64,000 nucleotides of DNA from Macrostomum lignano (GCA_002269645.1 NIVC01002478.1:62001-126000); one strand, 5' to 3'; shown: positions 48,986-62,600, numbered from the stretch's first letter. Translations and numbers: made by a program. Notes: generated by a model not told the origin, from the sequence alone.

Positions 48986-51900
48986 TAAAGCTGTCGATAA
49001 AGATAACTATAGAAGTACAGTAAACAATGGCTAAGGTAATTATTACCTGTTGTTAGTTGCCCGAAGCTGCCCGCTGCCATATTGATGCTTCTGCTGTTGC
49101 TGCTGCTGCTGGGCCTGCTGCTGCGGCTGCTGCTGAGTCTGACGTAACGACAAGCTGTCAGAATCGGAGCTCTGACAATCCGAGTCAACGCGCTGCACAG
49201 TCTTGTGTTGCTGCTGCTGCTGCTGCTGCTGCGGCTGCCTGCCGCCTACAGCTCCACCGCTAGTCGTGCATCTCCTATGCATAGTCGGACTATTATCAGA
49301 CGAAGTGGTCTCCGGGGCGGAGCTGTCCAGTGTGCAGCGACCGCGCGGCGGCACCGTGGCTTTGAAACGCATGCAGCGCAGCTTTGTGTCCATCTGGAAT
49401 GAGCAGAGAGTTGCGCGATTTGGTTTGTCAGAAGCTTCGTCACTCCCTCCGTCCTCTCCTTTCACCCACTCTGCCCTCGCCCGTCACTCCCTCCGTCCTC
49501 TCCCTTCACCCACTCTGCCCTCGCCTGTCACTCCCTCTGTCCTCTCCTTTCACCCACTCTGCCCTCGCCCGTCACTCCCTCTGTCCTCTCCTTTCACCCA
49601 CTCTGCCCTCGCCCGTCACTCCCTCCGTCCTCTCCTTTCACCCACTCTGCCCTCGCCCGTCACTCCCTCTGTCCTCTCCCTTCACCCACTCTGCCCTCGC
49701 CCGTCACTCCCTCCGTCCTCTCCCTTCACCCACTCTGCCCTCGCCTGTCACTCCCTCCGTCCTCTCCCTTCACCCACTCTGCCCTCGCCTGTCACTCCCT
49801 CCGTCCTCTCCCTTCACCCACTCTGCCCTCGCCCGTCACTCCCTCTGTACTCTCCCGTCACTCCCTTTGCCCTCGCCCGTCACTCCCTTTGCCGTCGACC
49901 GTCACCTCTTTGCCCTCGCCCGTGACTCCCTCTGTCCTCTCCCGTCACTTACTCTGTCCTCTCCCATCACTTCCTCTGTACCTCTTCCCTCTTCCGTTAC
50001 ATCTTTTTCCGTTTCCAATCCTCTCTCTCTATCAACGCCCATCACTCGCCTCTGAATCGTCATCCAGAGCGCTGCTGCTGTCAGCTCCCTCATCAGCAGC
50101 CTGGCCTGCACTGCTGCTATTGACTGAGCGCCGATAATACGAAGCAGCCCCGGCAGAGCCGGCAGACGAAGTCACCAAAGTCGAAGCCGCGTCGACAGGT
50201 CCGGCAGAAGCGGACGAAGCAGCCGTCTGACCGCCGGGTTCAACAGAAGACGAGGCCGTCTGAGCCGCAGCAGCCGCTGCCGCAGCTTGTTGCTGCTGCT
50301 GCTGCTGTTGCTGTTGCTGCTGTTGCAACTGATATTGCAACAACTGTTGCTGTTGCAATTGCTGCTGCTGTTGCTGCTGCTGGTCCCTTTCAGCCCAGGC
50401 GAGCAGTTGCGAATGCGAACAGCTCAGGCACATATTGAGCGGCGGCGCCCGAAAATTTGGATTCACCGACCTGTCTAATAGCCGGTCAAGGACGTCGGAC
50501 AATCGGCCGAGATCGTCCTTGTAGGCGCAGATTAGCATAGTGGCCAGATCGTCTTTCTGTCTGCGCTGGCCTTCAACCAGCAGCGGGTGCTCGTGCTCGG
50601 ACACTCTTGGTCGCATGGACAGGGCGGCCAGTGCGGTGCGGAAGCCCAGCTGTTCGTCCTCGGACGGGCCATAGCGCAACACCTCGAATATGTACTGAGC
50701 CAGCACGATGGGCAAGGTGGTGCGCGGCTCCGGCTTGGTGACGCCAGTAGCCAAGTCGATGATAGAGCGGGCTCTGGCGCGGAGGGATTCCCTGTGCGCG
50801 AAATGTTAAGCCATTTTTCTCGTAGATTAGTAGATAAGATTACCAGATATAGCATATTGTTATGCAGTCCTAACTATCAAAAATCGTCAGTAGGTAACCC
50901 AGCATAGGGCGGATATGAAATAGATGAACGCTGGTGGGAAGACATAAAAAGATGGGCATTGGAATAAGATGAGAGGACGGATATGAGAGTATAGGGATTG
51001 GGAAGATGGAGACTGGACGGTGGGATGTGAAGGCAAAGATGGGATGATGGGGATGGGAAGATTGTAATGGGAAGATGGGGATGGGAAGATGGGATGTGAA
51101 TATTGGAATGGGAAGATGGGGATGGGAAGATTGGAATGGGAAGATGGGGATGGGAAGATGGGAATGTGAATATTGGAATGGGAAGATGGGGATGGGAAGA
51201 TTGGAATGGGAAGATTGGAATGGGAAGATGGGGATGGGAAGATGGGATTTGGCGGTGGGAATATGGGGATGGGAAGATGGGGATGGGAAGATGGGGATGT
51301 GAATATTGGAATGTGAAGATGGGGATGGGAAGATTGGAATGGGAAGATGGGGATGGGAAGATTGGAATGGGAAGATGGGGATGGGAAGATTGGAATGGGA
51401 AGATGGGGATGGGAAGATTGGAATGGGAAGATGGGGATGGGAAGATTGGAATGGGAATATGGGGATGGGAAGATGGGGATGGGAAGATGGGGATGTGAAT
51501 ATTGGAATGGGAAGATGGGGATGGGAAGATTGGAATGGGAAGACTGGAATGGGAAGATGGGGATGGGAAGATTGGAATGGGAAGATGGGGATGGGAAAAT
51601 TGGAATGGGAAGATGGGGATGGGAAGATTGGAATGGGAAGATGGGGATGGGAAGATGGGAATCGGCGGTTGGAATGTGGGGATGGGAAGATAGGGATGGG
51701 AAGAGAGAGGTGGGAAGATAAGGATGGGAAGATAAGGATGTGAAGAAAGTGGGACAAGAAAGGAGAAATGGGAAAATAAAAAATGAAGAAAGTGGAAGCG
51801 GCCTCCTCCAATCGTAATGAGATCAGGTGAAGCAAGAAAGCACATCCCAAATAATAACAAACTAACCTAAACGCAGAGTGCGGCCTAGACGATTTGAGCA

Positions 51901-53596
51901 GCTGATAGAGCTCGTGCTCCTGGTTAAGCAGTTTAACTTCCAGAGCCCGAATTCGAGACGGCGCCCTGGGCAGTGACAGCACGTGTACGCACAGGCGGAA
52001 TCGCAAGCCGTCTGGCTCGTCTGGCAGTAGGTTGCTAAGAAAAATAGCCTGCCCAATCATGCCAGAGTATAGCTGGGCTACGTCAGTAGTGGCTTGCTGA
52101 TCAGACCAAGCCACGCTGTGCTGCTGCTGTTGCTGCTTCTTGGCTTTGCCGCCGCCTTTGCCCTGCTTTTGCATTTTTCCGCCACCACCGGCGCCGGCAT
52201 TATTAGCATCGAATCTGACTAGCAGAGCAGCGGAACTGGTGCGCAATACTCGATCATATTCGGCGGCAACACTATCCGATAACAGTTTGTTGGCTAAGCA
52301 ACGAGCCAGTTGGCCAGCTTCCCTGGCGTAGCCGTGAGCGTGCAGGGCTTCGCAACGATTGAACAGCAGATTGTGCTGCAGCAGTAGCTCTGGGGTGGAT
52401 CTTTGCTGCTGCTGCTGCCTGCCAGCCGTTGACGCCACCTTCTGGCTGTTGACGGCGACTTCTTCGTTTAACTGACCGACTGGGTCAATCGAGGAGCTCA
52501 GTGCAGAATCTGAAAATAAATTAGTATAATAGAATAGTAATGCTAATCATAACAGGTGAGCTCGCTGACGCGCCTTGCTAAGACGGGCAGTTCCAGCTCG
52601 CTCCTTGGCCCCGTCCCTCTCTGCCCCTCCCCCCTCGCCGCGGTCATTAACCGTCAGATTAACGACTGGGCGGATATCCGGCATTCCCGACTGCCGCCAA
52701 TCCCGAGCGGCAGTGCCCAATCCGGCCCTTAAGTTGCGGAGAATGCTTTTGAACCCCAAAATTGAAAAGATATCCGCCGCGCTCTCATTGCTTTGCCAGG
52801 CACTGCTTACTCCGAGACATACATGAGCAACTGCTGGCCGACCTAACGGATCCGGCCACCGTAAAAGTCGCAAAAATGTACACCCGGAAATAGACGTATT
52901 ACTAATTAGATGACGAGGCATTTAGCCCTAATAATACAGTCATAGTTACTTCTGCCGTTTACCTAGAATTACGTCGATTTTTCTTCAGGATTTCTTTCGC
53001 AGGTAAGTCGCATTTTTGGTCAAAAAGTAAGTCACATGGCCAGGGTTGCGCATGTATGCTTCGAGGCGTCCCTCGGAGTGAACTCTGCCCCTTCTGCAAC
53101 ACACTTTGTCTGCCACTGCCCGGCCTTCAAACGAGACCGGCTCCACCACCTCGAGCCCAACCCGAATCCCTGGACGACGCCTGCCGGCCCGAGAACATCC
53201 CACGGCTCATCTGGTTCCTCCGGGCTACAAAACGAGCCTTCGTCTTCCCCACCGAAGACCGAAGACAGGCCCAGAAGACCTCCCTGACGGGCCCCGCGCC
53301 CTAGCCTATGCGGGCTTCTCAGTGGGGATTAGCGGAATGGGCCACACTCGCCTCCCCGCTGCGTCTTTGGACCGCCCTACAGCTGAGTCAAGTGAGTCAA
53401 ATCATAACAGAATTATTTATGATACACATAATACTATAATTGCTGGCTATTAGTCATTGCTAGCGGAAGTAAAATTTGACCAAAATTAACCCAATATTAC
53501 ATCTTTAAGCTTAGTACCCGTAGCTGTACTTACCATCTCTAGCTGTGTCTCGCATATCGCTGAACCCTTCGCTAGATGAAGATCTTTGCTCGGCCA

Positions 53597-53639
<43 letters not shown>

Positions 53640-56600
53640 CTGCTTTCTAGGCTGCTTCTTGCTCTTTTTACCGCCCATGGCGTGACCGCCGCCTGGCCCG
53701 TAGGCGGAGACCCCGGCAATGCCGCCGGAGCCAATTGACAGGCCGGCGCTTGCCGCCGCCGCCACCGCAGCTGCTGCAGCTGCCTGAGCGGCCGCCACCG
53801 ACGAGGCGGCGGTGTTCGACGAGGATGGCAAGTCGAAGTTGTCCCAGGACACCTGGCAGGCTTCGATGGCGGCCTTGAAGCCGGGGAACATGTCAAGGTC
53901 GCGAGGCTTCACGCTGACGGAAGCTGAAGAGTTTTGTTTGATTTTTTGAGGATCTGGGAGGATCGCCCAGCAAATGAGGATCTGGTTGTGGGGTGGCCCA
54001 GCAACTGAGGATCTGGGAGGCTGGCCCAGGAACTGAGGATCTGAGAGGCTGGCCCAGCAACTAGGATCTGAGAGGCTGGCCCAGCAACTGAGGATCTGGG
54101 AGGCTGGCCCAGCAACTGACACTCTGGGAGGCTGGCCCAGCAACTGAGGATCTGAGAGGCTGGCCAGGCAACTGAGGATCTGGGAGGCTGGCCCAGGAAC
54201 TGAGGATCTGAGAGGCTGGCCCAGGAACTGAGGATCTGAGAGGCTGGCCCAGGAACTGAGGATCTGAGAGGCTGGCCCAGCAACTGAGGATCTGAGAGGC
54301 CCAGCAACTGGGGATCTGGGAGGGTGGCCCAGCAACTGAGGATCATGAGAGGCTGGCCCAGGAACTGAGGATCTGAGAGGCCCAGCAACTGGGGATCTGG
54401 GAGGGTGGCCCAGCAACTGGGGATCTGGGAGGGTGGCCCAGCAACTGAGGATCATGAGAGCTGGCTCCTAGCAACTCACCGCCAGACGAAGCGGAGCGGG
54501 CCTTCTGCACAAAGGCCAGCACTTCGCCGTGATATTTTCGCAGCTGTTGTTCAAGGCCGCAGCGCTGCCGCCGGCTCAGCCTCGGGTCCATGGCGGCCAG
54601 ACGCCAGACGTTGACCAGCTCGTCGCAGAAGGAGGCCACAGCGTACTGGATCTGCGGCGGGCTGAGGCTGGCGGCCGGAAATCGCACAGTCTGATTGAAG
54701 GCGGTGAACAGCTTGGTGACAAACCAGGCCAGCACAGCCGGCTCGCAGCGCAGCACCTCGTCGGTGACGCCAGTCAGCAGGGTTCGCGCGTTGCTATCCC
54801 GCCTGCGCAGTAGCTCCCGACCGATCTGCAGAAGATTCCAGACGCCTTCGGGCTCGCGACTGCGCAACGGCTTCAACAAGTTAAGATAGTCCTGCACCGG
54901 GGCCGGCTGATTGCTGTTTAAATAGTGCGGATCGCTCAGCACAACGGGCTGTGGCGAGCAGAATTTGCGCAGAATATTGCTCACGTTCTCTTGCAGACGG
55001 GGGACGTCAACATACCTGAGTGGGTTGAAAATTGGTTGGAATGCGTCTTAAATTTGTTTGTGAGGGCGCTTGGAGGATGGGCGCCTTCGAGTGAGTGACA
55101 GTTCTATCCTGAGCATGGCGCCGCCTGACAGTTTTACTCTGGCGCCGTCTGACAGTTTTATTCTGGCGCCGCCTGACAGTTCTATTCTGGCGCCGCCTGA
55201 CAGTTCTATTCTGGCGCCGCCTGACAGTTCTATTCTGGCGCCGCCTGACAGTTCTTTTCTGGCGCCCCCTGCCAGTTCTATTCTGGCACCGCCTGACGGT
55301 TCCATTCTGGCACTTCCTGACAGTTCTATTCTGGCGCCGCCTGACACTTCTATCCTGGCACCGCCTGACAGTTCTATTCTGGCGCCGCCTGACAGTTCTA
55401 TTCTGGCGCCGCCTGACAGTTCTTTTCTGGCGCCGCCTGACAGTTCTTTTCTGGCGCCGCCTGACAGTTCTTTTCTGGCGCCCCCTGCCAGTTCTATTCT
55501 GGCACCGCCTGACGGTTCCATTCTGGCACCTCCTGACAGTTCTATTCTGGCAATCTGGCGCCGTCTGACAGTTCTATTCTGGAGCTGCCTGACAGTTCTA
55601 TTCTGGAGCTGCCTGACAGTTCTATTCTGGAGCTGCCTGACAGTTCTATTCTGGAGCTGCCTGACAGTTCTATTCTGGCACCGCCTGACAGTTCTATTCT
55701 GGTGCATCTAACTGACAGTTAATTTTCTGACCCGTATTAAAATTTATATCATGGTATCCATTACAATAACAATGTGTGCTACAATAAGAAGATAAAAAAG
55801 CAACAAACTGCTCACCATCTGCTAATATCAGCTAGCGAAGCACCAGCCGTGGGATCTGGAGCGCCAGGCGAGTCCCTAATCTCATTGAACGCGGCAGATT
55901 TAGACAATAGATTATCCAACAATTGCTGAGCAGGTGGCAGTATGTCCGTCGGATTTAGGGACGACAATAGAAACTGGGCAAACTTTCTCAGTTGCACAGG
56001 CTGCAGAGTGTTCAGAGTCTCGCTAATCGGCGCATTCATTGGCACAGAGTTGGCATTCTTCACCCGGTGTAGGCAGACTGCCACCACGTGCTGGCACCAG
56101 ACTCTGTTAGCGGAGCCGCACGAGCAGGAGCACTTGACAATTCTGCACCGATCGAACGACAGCGCCACTTTGTATTGAGAGCCTGGCGCTGTGCAGTTAC
56201 TAACGCCGGGACATTTGGACACTTTGGCCAAGATTTGGAAGCCAATTTGAATGCAGTCGGACACAGCGCCCTGCCTATAGAGCTCTTCGCCTTGGGTGAA
56301 CTCTTCATTAGATCCCGTGGCTAGACAGCAATATAGCCTAATATCGTCTTCGCTATCCGGAAAGGAGTAGAATGAGATTTTCAACTGCAACTCTTCCGGC
56401 ACTGGTGGGTGATGAGTTTCCACTAGTTCGAATGGCAACTTCTGGGCAATCACTTTGGCGCACAGGTTGGTCAGTTTAAGCAGGCCGCGATCTGTTTAAA
56501 TTATTATAAAGAATAGAGTTCACAAAGGGGGTGGTAGCTAACCCTATTGACTTTTCATGGAAAGCTCAGATATTTCAGCTAAGCATAAATCCAAATAGAA

Positions 56601-59600
56601 AATCAATCAAAAAAGATTTTGGTTCTATTGGCATTTCTGAACAATTAGTTCAGATTATAACCTTTTAACTAGTATTGAAGACCCAGTAGTTGTTTTGTAT
56701 CATGTAGCATATGACATGACACCAACTTATAGCATATAAATGTTTTGTTTATAAGTTAAATGCAATTAAATTTAAGTTATATCTTTTAAACTTATATTTT
56801 ACTTAAAATATATTTAATAAAAGTTTGTTTGAATTTCTAGAATTCTAAATGACTAGCAAATTTGATTGAATAATCTATAAAATTGAGTCTTTTAGACTTT
56901 TGCAATTTTTGTAAGTTGGAGGCTCAAAAATATAAATAGCAGCCTCTTGAATTTTGCCTAGCTTATACAATAGTTTTGCATAGAGATAGAATTACAATAT
57001 ACCTATCTTTAAGTAGGCTTTGTGCAACTTTTTTTCTTTTATTTATCATGTTTTCAATTGTTCATTCAATCATTAATTTTATTTTTATGATTTTATCCTA
57101 TGTTACCCTTTTTAATTTTTAGTGCTTTGTTGACTCTTTTGCAATATAACTAACTGCCTTGAACAATCTATCATCTAAGTAGTTTGGCTAGATTTGTCAT
57201 GTGTCAACTAATAGAAGTTTATAAAGATCTTGATCATCATAATATTTTGATTTATAGTCTATAAAAATGATTTCTATACTTTTAACTTTTTGCAAAGATT
57301 ATAATAATTTTTGCAATAGGTTAGAGATAAAGTTGGAGGGTTGCATATGCTGATATGCATATTCCAGCCAATTATTGTTTTTCAATCTAATTTATTATAC
57401 TATTTATCAAATGTGCTACTATGAGTACAAGGGGTGTCCCAAAAGTCAGTGCACTTTCTTCACTACAGCCTTTTATGACCAATCAGAAATATTTATTTTG
57501 TAGCAGTTAACAAGAGAATTATCTGCACATTAAAATGACTTTCTATTTATTTTTGTATCTGCTGCATTCTTGAGATATGAGCACTTTTCTGCCCCACCCC
57601 TGTGCTACTTCTACAAATTGCCATAGACCAAAGCTTTGTACCTGATGCGCAAAAAAATGAAACATTTAACAAAACATCTGCAACATGAAAGCTGAGGAAA
57701 GAATAGTTAAAAGTTAATCATCAACATTGTCCTGAGGCTTCTCCACATAATCACCACTATGCTGCACACTTATGCCATTGGCTATGCATGTTATCAATGG
57801 CATTAGTAAAATCTGAGTGTGGCATCTCATTAAAGAGAACTTGGCAATTCAATGCTTCCAGGCTCTAATGAGTCACAACAAGCAAAGATTCATCCACGCA
57901 GCAGCTTTTTCATCTTTGGAAAGATGGAAAAGTCAGCTGGTGACAAATCCGGAGAGAAGGTGTGGGTATGAGAGCAACTCAAAATTTGCCTGCTTGATTG
58001 TCTCTTCCATATTCTTGGCCATATGGGGATGTGCATTGTCATGGTGCAGAAGGTGCAGAGCTGCAGTACCCAGTGGGCCAAGATTTTGACAGTCATCGTG
58101 TGGTGGAACAGTGAATTTTGGACTGCCAAGCATGTCCACAATCTCACAAACTGTCAGTCTGGCATTGGTGTCAAGCAATTCCTGAATTTGTCAATGCTAT
58201 TGTTGGTGTCATTGCCAATGGCAGAAGTGTGCAGAACAGTGAACTTTGGACTGACAAGCATGTCCACAATCTCACAAACTGTCAGTCTGGCATTGGTGTC
58301 AAGCAATTCCTGAATTTGTCAATGCTATTGTTATGTCATTGCCAATGGCAGAAGTGTGCAGAACAGTGAACTTTGGACTGACAAGCATGTCCACAATCTC
58401 ACAAACTGTCAGTCTGGCATTGGTGTCAAGCAATTCCTGAATTTGTCAATGCTATTGTTGATGTCATTGCCAATGGCAGAAGTGTGCAGAACAGTGAAAT
58501 TTGGACTGACAAGCATGTCCACAATCTCAAAAACTGTCAGTCTGGCATTGGTGTCAAGCAATTCCTGAATTTGTCAATGCTATTGTTGATGTCATTGCCA
58601 ATGGCAGAAGTGTGCAGAACAGTGAACTTTGGACTGACAAGCATGTCCACAATCTCACAAACTGTCAGTCTGGCATTGGTGTCAAGCAATTCCTGAATTT
58701 GTCAATGCTATTGTTGATGTCATTGCCAATGGCAGAAGTGTGCAGAACAGTGAAATTTGGACTGACAAGCATGTCCACAATCTCACAAACTGTCAGTCTG
58801 GCATTGGTGTCAAGCAATTCCTGAATTTGTCAATGCTATTGTTGATGTCATTGCCAATGGCAGAAGTGTGCAGAACAGTGAACTTTGGACTGACAAGCAT
58901 GTCCACAATCTCACAAACTGTCAGTCTGGCATTGGTGTCAAGCAATTCCTGAATTTGTCAATGCTATTGTTGATGTCATTGCCAATGGCAGAAGTGTGCA
59001 GAACAGTGAACTTTGGACTGACAAGCATGTCCACAATCTCACAAACTGTCAGTCTGGCATTGGTGTCAAGCAATTCCTGAATTTGTCAATGCTATTGTTG
59101 ATGTCATTGCCAATGGCAGAAGTGTGCAGAACAGTGAACTTTGGACTGACAAGCATGTCCACAATCTCACAAACTGTCAGTCTGGCATTGGTGTCAAGCA
59201 ATTCCGGAATTTGTCAATGCTATTGTTGATGTCATTGCCAATGGCAGAAGTGTATAGCACAGTGGTGACTATGTGGAGAAGCCTTAGGACAATGTTGATG
59301 ATTAACTTTTAACTGTTCTTTCCTTAGCTTTCATGTTGCAGATATTTTGTTGATTCATTGAATGTTTTGTTGTTTTGTGCATCAGGTACTTGAAGCTTTG
59401 GTCTATGGCAATTTGTAGAAGTAGCACAGGGGATTGGGCAGAAAAGTGCTCATATTTCAAGAATGCCAGCAGATACAGAAATAAATAGAAATTCATTTTA
59501 ATAGGCAGATAATTCTCTTGTTAACTGCTACAAAATAAATATTTCTGATTGGTTAGAAAAGGCTATAGTGAAAAAAGTACACCAAATTTTGGGACACCCC

Positions 59601-62600
59601 ATGTATATAACCAATAGCTTATCTATTGTTGTTATGCATCATTATTGAAGGTTATTTATTGAACTTAATTGCAAAACCTTTGGATTTACTATAAACTCCT
59701 ATAGTCAAAAAGGTGGCCTTTGCCATAAAAATTCTACTTTATTTATGCTAGCCTTATATGCATATATATATGCATACACTAATGCTTACATTTACTTAGG
59801 GGTAGAGGTCCCTAGTGCACTTGGTGCATAATCATGGCATATATTAAAATCCTCATTTACTAATCCCTAGCATATATAATATAGCAAATAATTGCCTATA
59901 TAAACCAATACAAAAATCTACAAATTATAAATATTGTCTTCCTATTTATAGCTAGGTAGATTAAAGCAATGTAAAATTAAATGTCGTGTTCAAGTAAAAA
60001 AGTGTTTTAAATAGATTAAAACTCAAACTTTGACCTTTCAAATTATGGATGTTTTTAGTCCAGGCTAACTATTCTAGGCAAAGTCTAACTGAGATTAGAT
60101 TTTTGTTTTTAAGCAAGATTGAGCAAGAATTTTTATTAAAAAATTGAGATTGAGAAAAATTCAATTGAGAATTAGAGATACAGCTGCAATTATGAATTTG
60201 TATAATAGTACTTTATAAGTTATATATAAAATGTGGCTTATATTATAGTGTTCCGGTTATAGCTACGGCTACAGCTACGGGATCCTACAGAAAATACAGT
60301 AAAATAGATGCCTATGGCAGCTACGGATACACCAATGGTAGCTAGCTGCTCTTATGGCTACAACTACGGAAATATGGTAGTTGTTGTCACATTCCACAGA
60401 TTCCCATAGCTGTAGTTATTAATGTTAAAAAATTGAAAAAATATTAGAAACAGGTAAAGTAAAACAAATATACTTTTAGTAAACTGTATTATTAACTTAG
60501 AAACTTTTAAAATATATCTAAAAAGTACAATAAAACTAGCAAACTCTAATTTTTATTAATATGGCTATGGCTACGGGAACTACAGGAATGTGGTAATATT
60601 GGGGTCCCTTCAACTACGGAATATGGAGAATTGGAACAAGCCATAGTTTGCTTATGGCTATGGCTATGGTACATGGACCCTACTTATGGCGGAACACTAC
60701 TATATTATAAGTAAATAGAATATAGTATAAACAAATGGCTCAAATGTTCCTTCACAATAATATATATTTGCAGCTATATATAGAAATAAGCCACTATGTA
60801 GCTATAGGCCTATGCTACTGTAGGCCCTAAAGTATTTAAATAGGTTGAAAAGTAGTAATAGCCTATTAGGTAAGCCATAATCAAGATCATAATATACCTG
60901 CGCCTATATTGCGGAAGGTGTAGTATACGCCAGAAAATTCCGGCGTACAAATGCTTTAGCTGGCGTACATCTGGCATACAAACGCTTTAAGTGGCTTATA
61001 TCTGGCGTACAAATTCTTTGGCTGGCGTACATCTATCGTAACTGGAGGAAATACAACCTCCAAGCACAATCATCTGCTTACAATTCTTAACTATACTTGT
61101 TCAAGCTTTCAGTGCAGCATAGAAAGCATTGATGTATGACACCATTATGTAAATTACGCTAAATAGTCAATAAAGTTACTTTGCTAAGTTATGACAATAA
61201 ATTGAATATTTAAACAATATATTAAAGTTCTTTTTAAAAAATGTACCTTAACTAGTAGTAAATGTAAAAACTTTGGTTTACTAATTATTTTTGTTTTTTA
61301 AACAATGTACGTTTTCAATTTTACTTTTTTTACGGTAATTTTTTGATGCGCGCCTCGGCATGCTTCTTTCATAGTTTTTGTGCTTGTTAATCATGCATTT
61401 TTATTGGCGTACAATTTACTAGAACCCTTAATTGGCATACTTTATTGGCGTACACTTTACTATATAGCCAGATACTTTCCGGCGTACATATAACATGATC
61501 CGCAATATGGACCTGCGCCAAAACAAATCCTATCAAAAGAGTTTGATTGCATACCACACTCTAGATCATGTAGTATAAACCCAAAAATCTGGGCGTGCAT
61601 TGGCCTTGCATACCAAAATTAGGTATACACAGTTGGCGTGCATTACTCCTCACTCCTGAGAAAATAATGTGCATGCACATCTGGCATGCACTTTATAGAA
61701 TCACGCGTAAGAGTTATGAAATAGAAAAAAGATGAAAAAACTTCATTTAAGCGCAAATTTCAAGCTTTCTAGTTTTTTTCAAGCTTGTAAAAAATCATTT
61801 GAACAAATCTTTGCATGTATAAATCTCCTGCTATAAGTATAAATAGTATCACCAAAAAAGCATAAAAAGCAACCAAATTATTTGGTAATAAAGGTCTATT
61901 ACACAATTTAAAAAAAGGTATTTTATTGTCACAACATAAAAAAGGTCATTTATTGTCGCAATACTGGCGTATTTTTTAGAATGGGCATGCACTACATTTG
62001 TTTTGGTGTGCATTAGTAACTATTCAATTTTTGTTTGGGCATGCACCCAGCATGATCCGGACTATAGATTGCACAGCTTGTTTTGCAAAAAATACAAAAA
62101 CATTGAAATCTGCATTTTCCATTTAAAAAATAGTACTAGTAGTAACTAGTAAGACTTATATTTGAACCTGTTTTATAGAAATACAATATTAACTTATTTT
62201 AGTTGAAAAAAGCAGTCAAGTGTCAATATACTAGGCCCTAGCCCTAGTATATTATATACTAGCAAACAAAGCATTAGACAATTGCATTATTTGCTTTTTT
62301 CATTTGGCACTTTACAATATTTCAACACTTTCTATATTAGTGTAAGTGTAAGTGTAAGGAGTATAAATGCCTTGGCTATTTTATAAATTTTGTACAAATA
62401 GGGCCAAGGCCAAGGGGCCTTATAGTTATAGAATTTATATTTATTAAAGATGTAACACATTGAAAGAAAATCAAATCAAAATGAAAACTATAACAGAGCC
62501 TAATTCTTACCTTCAGACTTGGTAACAGAATCCCATTGTGACTTGCTATTTATTTTCTTCCATCCTCGCCAATTGAAGGCCACAAAACTCGACTCACTGT

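Noticed and set aside
58105-59250. CRISPR-like regular array
   Set aside because: Whole units are identical with no unique spacers, the context is eukaryotic, and the unit derives from mariner.
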